DNA from: Azolla caroliniana
Taxonomy: Eukaryota > Plantae > Polypodiophyta
Length of the DNA stretch: 64,000 bases
Assembly: GCA_043228905.1 (NCBI GenBank)
Contig: JBHGNT010000008.1
Location: 1,054,001 to 1,118,000, forward strand
Reading direction: 5' to 3'
A program made the translations under genes and the position numbers. Positions 1 to 11,103 of this stretch are shown here, one piece after another; position 1 is the stretch's first letter; each line of letters begins with the position of its first letter. Below the pieces are notes generated by a model, which worked only from the letters and a program-made list of their open reading frames with translations, did no database searches and was not told where the DNA came from.

Positions 1-35
1 ATCAAACCTAAGGAGATGTGAGTGGCTTCCCAGGT

Positions 36-3000
36 ATGATAGTTCTAACGTCTTAGAACTATGCAGATTGGAAGATAAAGATGGAAGACCTTCTCATAGT
101 CAAAGACCCGCAGAAGCCAATCGATAGAGCAGAAATACCCACTAGGGTATTAGAGTCTGAATGGAAATTTCTTTGCAGAAAGACAGTGGACACCATCAGA
201 CAGTGCGTCGATGTTAGTGTCCTTCAGCATGTGGCGAATGTCACAAATGCCTACAAGATGTGGCAGAAGCTGTGAGGTTTAGACGAGAGGAAGAACACCA
301 TCAACAAAACCTCTTTGACGAGAAAGATCATGAGGTTGAATTACAACAACGGGGAAAGCATGGTGGAGCATGTAAGCACATTCATGGGGTATGTGAACGA
401 ACTTGCTGCAACCAAGTTTCCTCTTGAAGATGCAATGCAGGCCATCCTGTTACTGTGTACCCTGCCAGACTGTTGAGAGAATCTAGTGGTGACTCCTAGC
501 ACCTCGCATCAACAAGAGAACTTGTCTTTGAGGAGACAAAGAGGAAGGACAAGAGTGTCCTATGTCAGTCTGAGTCAAACCTGACTCAACTTACCAGCAA
601 AGGAAGGAACATGCAAAGGAATCCACAAAGGAGGGACAAATCGCAAGCCAGATGCAAGTCCAGAGGAAAGTTGACATGCTTCTATTACGGGAAACCTAGA
701 CATTTCTAGAAGGATTGTCGAGACCTCAAGAAGGACAAAGATGTTGGTAATGGTGGCGAATCCAAGAAGACTCTTGATGAAAAGGGCACATCAGCCGTAG
801 CTACGAGTGTAGAGGAGATCATGTTCATTTCTGAGTAGACAAGCACAAATCTTGCAGGTGAAGAGTTCACATGGGTAATTTAATCAGGTGCATCTTTTGA
901 TATAACTCTATGGAGAGAGTGCTTCTTGACTTACATAGCTGGGGACCATGGCTATGTAAAGATGGGAGATAATGGGGAGTGCAAGATACCCATCATAGGA
1001 GGTGTGTGCATGACGACGTCGATTGGTTGTCGATTGATGCTGAGAGAAGTTTTGCCGAGGAAATCTCATAGTGGCCAGAGCATAGAAGGAGGGCACTTTG
1101 TATATGATGCATGCCTGACTATGCAAGTTAGAAGTAAATGTGATAGCCGACTCGAGTGGAGAGTTATGACACAAGAGACTTGGCCCATGAATGAAAAAGG
1201 AATGCACATACTGGCTGACTAGAAACTTCTCTCACAAGTGAAAGGAGTTCACTTGGAGAAGTGTGTCGACAACTTAGTCGGAAAGTAGAACAAGAAAACA
1301 TTCCAGACAATACCACCAAGAAGAAAAGAAGTTGCACTAGAACTAGTGCACACATATGTGTGCTATGTAGATGCTCTGTCACATCGAGGTGGACAATACT
1401 TTGTAATGTTTATTCACGACTATATTCGGAAGACATGGGCCTTCGTACTGAAGTCGAAGGATCAAGTATTGTCAATGTTTAAGGAGTTCAAGGCTAGAAC
1501 CGAACTGGAGTCAGGTCGGAAGTTGAAGGCTGTCTGAACTGACAATGGTGGCGAATATAAAGGGCAGTTCGAGGAATAGTGCATGGACTAAGGTATTCAA
1601 TTGGAATACACAGTGCCAAAGAGCCCTGAGTTGAATGGGCTTGTAGAGAGGATGAACTGAAGAATCATGGAGAGAGTAAGGAGCATGCTCTCTCATGCTA
1701 AACTGCCGAAATCGTTTTGGGCTGAGGCACTGTACACAACTGTTTATTTGATCCCACAGTGCCACTGAAAGGTGATGTTCCACAGAGGGTGTGAATAGGA
1801 AAGGATGCCTCCTACCGACACCTGAGTGTGTTCGGATGCTTAGTGTATATGCATGTGGCTAGGAAGGTCGAAGCTCGACAGTAAGTTGAAACAATGCATA
1901 TTCATGGGATACTCGGAGGATGAGTTCGGCTACAGGCTGTGGGATTTAGTCAATAAGAAAATAGTGACGAGTCAAGATGTAGAATTCTTGGAAGGCAAGA
2001 AGATTGAGGATTGGAAGCAATAGAAGTCGGAATCGACTTCCCAGTCGACTCCCACTACCGTCGACTTAAGGCCAACTGAACTGACACAGTCGACTTCTCG
2101 GAGATAGCCAGTTAACACAGCCGAATCCAAGTCAGTCGACTCTGAGCAACCGACCAACACAGATGAGTCAGAGTCAGCAGTCTTATTGAAGTTGATCAAG
2201 GACTACGAGTTGGAATCGGCAAATCCTCTACGACTGATCGACACATATGAACACGAGCCGAGAGAAGAGTCGGCAGAGACATCCAAACTGGAGCTGACGA
2301 CGAGTGGAAGGAGATACCCAATCAGAGGAAGGAGAGCACCGACGACATATGACACTCAATACATCCTCTTGATTGATGAAGGTGAACCGGAGTGCAATGA
2401 TGAAACCATTGTTGATAGGCAGAAGGAGAAATGGTAGAGTGCAATGAAAGACGAGACCGACTCCTTGCATGGAAATTATACCTACAATTTGGTGGAGCTA
2501 CCAATGGGTAAAAGAGCATTAAAAAAGGGTTTTCAATAGAAAAAGGGTGTTGACTTCGACAAGATATTCGCACCAGTCGTGAAGATGACATTAATTCGAA
2601 CTATTTTGAGCATAGATGCCAGTTTGGATCTGGAGATCGAATAGTTGGATGTTAAGACAACATTCTTACACGGGGAGTTGGATGTCGAAATCTACATGGA
2701 GCAGCCCAAAGGCTTTGAGGAGAAAGGGAAAGAGAACCTGGTGTGTTGTCTAAAAAAAATCTTGTATGGCTTGAAACAAGCTCCACGCCAATGGTACAAG
2801 AAGTTTGAATCCTTCATGATGGAACATCGGTTCGAGAAAACATAGACTGATCACTGTGTGTTTGTCAAAAGGTACAAAGATTGTGACTTCTTGATTCTCT
2901 TATTATATGTGGATGACATGTTGATAGTCAGACAAGGCACGAAGAGAATTGCGAGCTTGAAGAAAGCACTAGGCAAGTTGTTTTCCATGAAAGATCTTGG

Positions 3001-3785
3001 ACCGGCAAAACAAATCCTAGGGATGCACATAGTTCGGGACAGAACTAAGAAAGTGTTGTGGGTGTCACAAGAGAAGTACGTGACAAAGATCCTAGAAAGA
3101 TTCAGCATGTCGAAAGCAAAGTTGTTTATCCTGAGCTAGACTTAGCCACAAACACAAGGTGTCCGTTCCGGAACGCTTCTCCAAAGGGGTGGTTAGGATA
3201 TGGATGCTATCCGGTATCTATCTGATTCTGATCTAACTATCCCCGTATGCCTTCCGGATTACTTAGTACACAACCGATTAATTATAACACACGTAAGATT
3301 AATAGTTTAAGCACCGAATGACATGTACACAAGGTATAACAATTAAGAATAGGAACACACTAATCTCATATTACTTCTGTTAACTTTTACATCGATTCCG
3401 AACCCTTTTATAGGCATCCAATATAAGTTACAAAATGGTGCCTTACCAGCTACCATCTATCAATCGGTGCGGATCCGATCGGTACAACTATCCGAATCCC
3501 TCCGTTCCTATAATATTACTTAACTAATAATTATGCTAATACTTATATTATTATACTCTGTCTCATACTTGTCCACATTACTCGTTTGGAACATATTCTG
3601 GGCCAACAAAAGGTAGTCCCCTCTATGTTGCTGACCAACTGCAAGCTGAATGCTAAGCAATGCTCTAGAGGGGAGAGAGAAAAGGTTGAGATGAGGAAAG
3701 TACCATATGCCTCGGATGTCGGCAGTTTAATGAATGTTATGGTCTATACAAGGCCAGGAATAACATTTGTTGTAGGGGTAGTAAG
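36..3785 (+). mobile_element. Degenerate Ty1/Copia gag-pol (element A, Tork/Tnt1-like), no LTRs in window; interrupted by a solo LTR and truncated in RT
   Basis: Gag NYADWKIKMEDLL, decayed zinc knuckle (~677-718), protease WVI*SGAS (~872), integrase DNGGEY/NGLVERMN, RT MDVKTTFLHG, LYGLKQAPRQWY, LLYVDDML, VPYASDVGSLM; many stops and frameshifts. Confidence 0.92.
3123..3608 (-). mobile_element. Solo LTR inserted in the RT of Copia A
   Basis: TGTT...AACA termini; near-TSD AAAGT (3118-3122)/AAAGG (3609-3613); host RT resumes across it (FSMSKAK|VVPSML); TATA (CTATAAAAG) on minus strand near 3405-3413. Confidence 0.8.
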
Positions 3786-5491
3786 GAGTACTTTTCCAAC
3801 CAGTTCACAAGTTATCTACAAAAGGAGGGAACTCGACACGAATTCTCGTGTAGATACACGCCACAACAGAACGGCGTGGCCGAGTGGAAGAATCAGACAG
3901 TCGAAGAAGTGGCCAGGGAAATGGTTGAAGAGAAGCATATACCGAAATTCTATTGGGCTAAAGCCGTGATGATGGTTGTCTACCTACAGAATCGGACTTT
4001 TGCTAATGGAGGAATGTCACCACATGAATTGTATTTCGGGAAGAAACCGAACTTGGCACACTTGAGGATTTTTGGCAACATTGCATATGTGCATGTGCCA
4101 AAGGAAAAGAGGAGCAAGTTGGATGCCAAAGCTGAAAAGTGCATCTTAGTTGGCTATCCAGACGAGCAAAAGTGGTATAAATGTTATAACCCCCGAACAA
4201 AGGAAGTACGCGTAAGTTGAGATGTCGTGTTCGACGAATCCGTTTCGTGGTACTTGCCTTCACCTCCAACTCCTCATGACTCCATTCCAAATTCTGAGGA
4301 CGAAGTCAACAAGGCCGAAATGCCTCCATATGATGAAGAAATCAGAGCTCTGAGAGAGAGTCTGATCTCATTTCGGCTAAGTGGGTCGAATGAGGGATTG
4401 GGCCGAAATGGCCAACCTATTGAAGAGACGGCGAGTAGTGGAGACTCAAACGTGATGTCCCCCCGTAAAGAACCAAGGAGACTATTTACACGCAAAGAGA
4501 AGGGAAAGAAGAAAATGCCGGGGTACGATTTCGACAACGTCGAGTCAGTTCAGAGCGAATGTGACATCGAGCCAATTGTAAAGGAACCTCCGCGGAAGAG
4601 GTCAAAATCGGATGAAAAGGTCGTGAAATTGGGTAATCACGAATTACGCCAATCTACCCACCTGAAGAATCTCGTAAAGAGATATAGGTATAATGAGTAC
4701 ATGGCGCATCATTACACGTACATGATGCGAGTGGTGGATGTGCGTGAACCGGAGAGCTGCGCAGAAGCAACGAAAGACGCAAATTGGCGTGCCACAATGG
4801 AGGAAGAGATGCGTGCTTTAACGCTGTCATGGGGAAAACCGTCCCTAGGCGGAAACCGGGTATAACGTGCGTAAACCAACCCTTACACATGGGCACAAGT
4901 TTTGTTGTATAGTATGTAGATAGGTACAAGTCGGCTGAGGTGAAATCCTAGGTAGCACGCATTCATTAGGGAGAAAATCGATGTGTATCCCTGTCCGAAA
5001 GGACAGGGAATAAACATGATGTAACGGGTGGTAACGGCCTCCCTCCTTGGGCTATAAAAGAGAGGGAGAGGTATTGTAAAGGGGATCGCGTTTTTGTGGA
5101 GGACGAAATGTTGCCGGACTAGAACCGAGCTCTTCTCTTCTGTCTTCTCCATAATCGTTCTGTGCGGGTTTTGGGAGGCTGACTCTGCTCCGCGGAACAC
5201 CCGAGTGCTTCCGGTAGAGTCTCCATCTCGCGTTCTGTGTGTGTGTGCAGTCGTTGGAGCCTATCACTCGTCGGCTTGCCGGTTGTAACCCCCGTGATTT
5301 ATATATACGCATACATTCATTCTGTCTCCATTGTTCAGAGTTAGTTGCAACTCTTGTGAATCTGTGTGTTTGTGCGCGTGCGGAGTACATTGGTAGTTTC
5401 CTTCCCCTCTTCTTATTCGGTTATTTCTCAATCCAAGGCCCCCGTGGTCCCGCCTCGTTCTCCACGCACGCGTGTAACAACGCGACATATT

Positions 5492-5509
5492 TGGTGAACC
5501 CGACGTGAA
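5492..5509 (+). promoter_or_regulatory. Primer-binding site, tRNA-Trp
   Basis: TGGTGAACCCGACGTGAA 4 nt after the LTR end; complementary to the 3' end of plant tRNA-Trp(CCA). Confidence 0.85.
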
Positions 5510-5531
5510 CAAGCAGCAGAGGAATAGAAAG

Positions 5532-7658
5532 ATGAGAGGGTCGGATATTGCAGAAGCCATGGCTTCGGTTGTGGATCGGATAGTGAGTGTGCGCGAAGGC
5601 ACAGGCGCCCTCGATAGAGCTATTGAAGCAGTCGTCGACACGATAGGCCGGTTTGGTGGGAAGGACGCCACGAGCTATTTGGAGGCTTACCGAGGCGAAA
5701 TGGTGATGAGGGACATCCGGAGGACAGGCGACTGGCCGGATTCCCTCGGGTGGCGATGCCGGGCATCCACGCGGAGGTGCTTGACGTACAGGCTGAGAGT
5801 CGGACCTGGGAAGAGTTTGAAGGTCGGCTCTTGGAAAAATACGGGCTTGATGACGCGCTTCGACTATCAAAGTGGGACTTCATGGAATGGGTGGAGACCC
5901 CCGAAAATGGGAGAAACGTGTCGATGCTCCTTTGGGAGTTTGAAGAATGCTTCGCACGTCTTTCGGCGCTGGACCGGACCGTACTAGACACAAGTCATGT
6001 CCTATTGTTCGTTAGATCGGTGGACGTAAGGGAACGAGAGCAACTGGGCTTCTTGCTGGAGACCGATGGTGGCCTAACAACCGGCTTGGCCATGGTAAAG
6101 AGAGTCTGCGGCCGTTTTGACAAACGGCGTGAGTGGGTCGATAAAGGCTTGACGGGGGCGGGCTCTATTGCGACAAGAAAGGTCGAGGTACCCCCACCGA
6201 CACGAAGGAAAGAGACCCGAGACTGGCTCGAGACCGGCTCGACTTCGACCAACATGGTCAAAGGCTTGTCCGGAGGAGTGGCTCTAGAGGAGTTGACTCA
6301 GATGGTGAGGGACCTCCAGATTGCACAAGCACGGAGGGAAAACGGCGAACAAGTCCGTGACCGAAGGCCTTCGGTTGGGAACCGGTGCTTGTAGTGTGAC
6401 GCGGTCGGCCACGCCCGAAAGGACTGCGGGGACTTCGCCGAAGCGATAAGAGCTAACGTGGTGTACCTATGGAACGGTCGGGTGCACGCTAGCGAGACCC
6501 GAAGGGCCCTGGATTTGAATGTCAGACGAGGAGGTATGAAACGGCTGATGGAAGAAGCGGCGGCTCGCCACGCGGAGAACGTCCACTACTTGGTGTCGGC
6601 TGGAATCCGGGTCGGAAGCGATGAAGTTTGGAAGACGAAGGAAGCCGGATTCTGGCCGTTGATGCTGGAAGGCCTCGCCGGCATACGACTGAGGAAAGAG
6701 GAAGCGGACCACGTGGAAAGACGGGTCCGGGAGGCAACCGGGTGGAGTGACCCGGTCGAAGAGAAGACGGGCTTCGTTGAAGCCGCTTGCCAAAACTACG
6801 AGGTTCTGATGGAGGACAAGCATGCGGGTAAGACCGGAGGGGCCGAACCCTCACAATAGTATGAGACCCGGTTCGGGCAAAAGCAGAATGATGCCGGTGC
6901 GACTGGCACACCGGATAAAGCTAAGAGGGCCGGGTACTGATTGCGCACGGAGATCGAGAGGACCACGGACCTGCGAAACGTCCTCGAGGAACGTATCCTC
7001 GACAACAAAGTGGAGTTGTCACTGAGGGAAGTGCTTGGAATCGCCAAGAAGGAGTTCCACGACTTCATCGTGGACTTGGTGAAGAGGAAAAGGGGCTTTC
7101 GACAGAGTTGGAGCCGGGAAGCTAGTGGAGGTGCGAATGACGCACCTAGAAGACATGGCTCTAGAAGACGAGTTGGTGGAGAGCCATTATTCAAAACCAC
7201 ATTGGGTGAGAGCAACCACAGAGACCCCTGTTAAGATCGGAGATGTTCAGGAGCTGGTAGTGGCGTTGGTGGACTACGGTTTAGAAATCAACTTGATATC
7301 CATGGACTTCTACAAGAAGGGGAAGTGGCCGATCAACACCAAGCACAGGTGGAAAATACGGGCAGCAACGCGTGCCAAGGAAGAGCTGCATGGAGCCTGC
7401 CCGAATGTACAAGTGAAAATTGGTGATGTCGAGATCGATCAGTACTTCTTCGTGCAGGAGACGTCCTCGCATCCGGTTATACTCGGGGAACCGTACATCA
7501 CGGCGGCACGGATGGAGACAAAGGTGTTGAACAACGGTTTGGCATATGCACGGGTGAAGAGCTAGGACGGGCGTGACTTGGTCTAGTTCCTGACGGTGCG
7601 ACCAAACCATGAGCGTAACCGCGAGACCCTCGGTGGCGAAAACCGAGAGGATTTTTAG
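5532..7658 (+). pseudogene. gag: Gag-protease ORF1 of Phygy-like #1 (disrupted)
   Basis: RFGGKDATSYL capsid start, knuckle C..CDAVGHARKDC, ERILDNKVELSLREVLGIAK, protease ALVDYGLEINL...VILGEPY; ends GAG GAT TTT TAG. Confidence 0.85.
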
Positions 7659-10600
7659 AGAGGGCTATCAAGGCATGGGGCAGCAATAGTCCGGACACCC
7701 TGGAAAGACCCCATAGATGTACTATAGGAAAAAAGACCTATACCATAGGTAGGAAATTTTGGTTCTCCGATAGTGGAGGTTGTACGATAGCCGGCGTAGT
7801 TGGCTTGGAAAGGAAGCGGGCGGAGGAGCGACTTCGGGCATGCAGAGTCCTCGGCCCTGAAGAAGAAATCAACGGAGCCGTGGAGGCGGTCTCTTTCAAT
7901 GACACCTTGGGGAAGTTATGGGAGGTGTTTGGAGAAGGGCTTAATGAGGATCGGACGATTCCGGTGTGTTCGGAAAGGATGTACGAAGTCATCACCGACT
8001 TCGGTAATGGACTCGAGTCAAATCGGACGGCCCGAGTGGATACAAAGTACAAGACTGTGAACCGGAAGGTGAGGCCAATCGCGGGATCCTTGCTGGAGGG
8101 CAGCGAGTTACGGATAAAGGGGGTCCCGTCGGACCCAAGTTTACGAGATCTGGCCAGCATAGGACACACGTTCACCGACATAATGCTACGAGAGCTCAAG
8201 ATCGGTGGGTATGGCTTTCTACTGCCGGGGGAAGAGGACCGGTTTCGAAGAATGCTCGAGAGGCACGGGAAGGCTTTCGCATTCTCACCGGACGAGATCG
8301 GGTGCATAGACCCAACGGTTGTTGAACCAATGGTGGTCTTCACGGTACCGCATGTGCCGTGGAATCTCAAACCGATTCCGGTACCCAGAGCTCACATCCC
8401 GAAGCTGATGGAGCTGCTGAAATAGAAGGTGGAGATGGGCATCCTCGATCCGTCGAGTGCCCCATATTCGAATCGGTGGTTTTCCATGCCGAAGAAGAAC
8501 GGCACAATGCGCTTCATACAGGACTTGCAGCCGGTCAACAAGGTGACCATTCAAAACGCTGGTATCGAACTGACCATTGATGAGTTCGCGGAGGCCTTCG
8601 CAGGGAGGTCGATCTACTCGGTCGGGGATCTGTACTCAGGGTACAATCAATTCCAAATAGCCGTAGAGAGCAGGGATGTCACGACGATGCAGACTCCTCT
8701 CGGCCTAGTTCAGATGTGTACCCTACTGTAGGGGGGAACGAACTCGGTGGCGCACATGGTGAATGTGATGAACAAGGTGTTGAGGGACTGCATCTCGGAC
8801 ATCACCATGCCATTTCTGGACGATGTCCCGATCAGAGGATGTCCGGTGGAGGACAAGGACAAGTCGGTTGGGCCCGACAGTTGCCGGAAGTTCGTGACGG
8901 ATCATATCCACGACTGCGAGAAGGTGCTACAAAGACTCGAGAGCACGCGGCTCACCTTCTCTGGAGATCATGGTCGTTAGACACCTATGCAGGCCATACG
9001 GTCGGAAACTGTCTCCGGCCAAGGTGGAGGTCGTCTTTGCGATGAAGCAAGACTGCAATTCGGTTACGGAGGTTCGGAGATTCCTGGGAGCATGTGCGTT
9101 CTACCATATCTGGATTCCGCATTACACCCACGTCGCAGAGCCGCTCTATGGGTTGCTGAAGAAAGTGCGTAAATTCGAGTGGAACGACGAGCATAGGGAG
9201 TCAGTCCGAAAGATGAAAGAAGCACTTGCCATGACACTGGCGCTCCAAAAGGCTGTCTATGGCAAAGACACTCTGATTTACGTGACTGTAGACAGGAGTC
9301 CGACCGGGATCGGATGGGTGATCAACCAAGAGGATGACGATGGCATGAGGTTCCCCATCCGGTTCGGCGTGAAAGTCCTCAATGAGCGACCACGAGGGTA
9401 CGCCCATGTTAATCGAGAACTCTGGGGTATCGTTTTGGCGGTCAAGGCCGATAAAGACTGCCTGATCGGGATAGAGGTGATAATTGAGACGGACTGCCTG
9501 CCAATTCTCGGCATGGTTTCCGGATGTGCGACGCCGGACCTGGCAATGCTTGGGTGGATAGCGTACATCAAGTCCCTGAATCCGGAAATACAACACATTT
9601 CCGGAAAGGACAATGCCATGGCCGACATGATTTCGAGAGCATGGTTCGATGACGAGGACGACATGGTTTCGGAGGACGAGGAAGTCGGCATGGACTTCTT
9701 CGAGGCGGCTTACGTAACAACAAGAAAGGGGAGCACTCCGGCGCTTAACGAATTCGACGAGAGTAAGTAAGACGGGGAGTGGCTCCAGATCGGCGGGTTC
9801 CTGAAGACAATGACACCGGACACGACGTGGACAAAGGAAGAGACCAACCGGATTTTGGAAGAAAGCGTACCGATTCTTCCTACGAGACGGGAGCATATGG
9901 AAGCACCCGAAGAAGAGAAACGGCATCCCGCTCCAAGTGGTGGCGAGGAAAGAGGAACAGGAAGAATTGTTGACGGCATACCACGAGAGTCCCTGGGCCG
10001 GACACCGCGGGACGTCGGCCACATTCGAGAAGCTAAAGGGGAAGTACTGGTGGTCGGGACTATACCGGGACGTGCATCGGTTCGAGACGACTTGCGAAAG
10101 CTGTCAGGTGCACTCCATAGTCCGACATCGGGACGAGCTTCACCCAACCTACCCTCCGACCATCCACTTCAAGTGGATGGTGGATCTGGTGACGATGCCG
10201 ATGGGGGTAGGGCAGATGCGGTATCTGGTGTTGACAAACCAAGTGGAAGGCCGAGCGTTGCAGAACAAAATGACCGCGGCCATGTGCCGATTTCTGATCG
10301 AAGAAGTGGTATGCCGGTACGGGTGCATAGGTAAGATCGTGGCCGACCGCGGAGAATTGGACGCGCAAGAGGCGGAAGAGCTGTTTGACCGGCTAGGGAT
10401 TAAACTCTCGCTCACCACAGCGTACAATCCGGAAGCTAACGGGAAGGTGGAACGTAGACACAGATCGATCGTCAAAGCATTAGTACGGGCGTGTGGAAGC
10501 CAAGTCGGGAATTGGTTGTGGCTCTTGCCCTATGCGTTGTGGACAGACCGAACTACACACAATTCGGTAACCGGGTTCATGCCGGCAGAACTAAAGTACG

Positions 10601-11103
10601 GGCAGAAGCCGATCATGCCAACGGAGCAGACAATCTCCTCATGGGCCACGGTGGACTGGAAAGACGAGATGAGCCGGGAGGCGCTGTTAGCGGCACGGAT
10701 TTGGGAGCTGGAGCGAAGACTGGAGGACGTAGACCGAGCCGCAGAGAAGCTACGGGTGGTGAGGGTAAAGAACAAAGGACGGTTCGTTCAGACTCACCGA
10801 CTAAGACAGAAGAAGATCGAGGAAGGCAACTGGGTTCTAGTGTATGAAAGCAGCCTCGACAACCAGCACAAGGCAATGCGGAAGTTTGCAAGAAGGTGGT
10901 TCGGGCCTTATGTGGTGACAAGCGCCAACGACAATGGGACCTACCATCTCGTGGAGCTCGACGGGACAAGGATGGCAGTACCGGTGGCGGGGAAAAGGAT
11001 CAAAGCATTCAAAAAGCGGCACGAGGTTGAACCGAACCCGGACGACCTAGATGGCGACAACGACCAGCTCGGAACGGATGTCGATCCGGAAGACGAAGGA
11101 TAA
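7655..11103 (+). pseudogene. pol: RT-RNase H-integrase ORF2 of Phygy-like #1, in the -1 frame (disrupted)
   Basis: TKYKTVNRKVRP, DLYSGY, PFLDDVPI, VRRFLG, TDCLP, zinc finger H..GH..C..C, ADRGEL, YNPEANGKVER, WFGPY. Confidence 0.9.

Noticed and set aside
7085-7130. Frameshift before the protease in Phygy-like #1
   Set aside because: The homologous region of element #2 (38927-39274) is continuous, so this is a mutation
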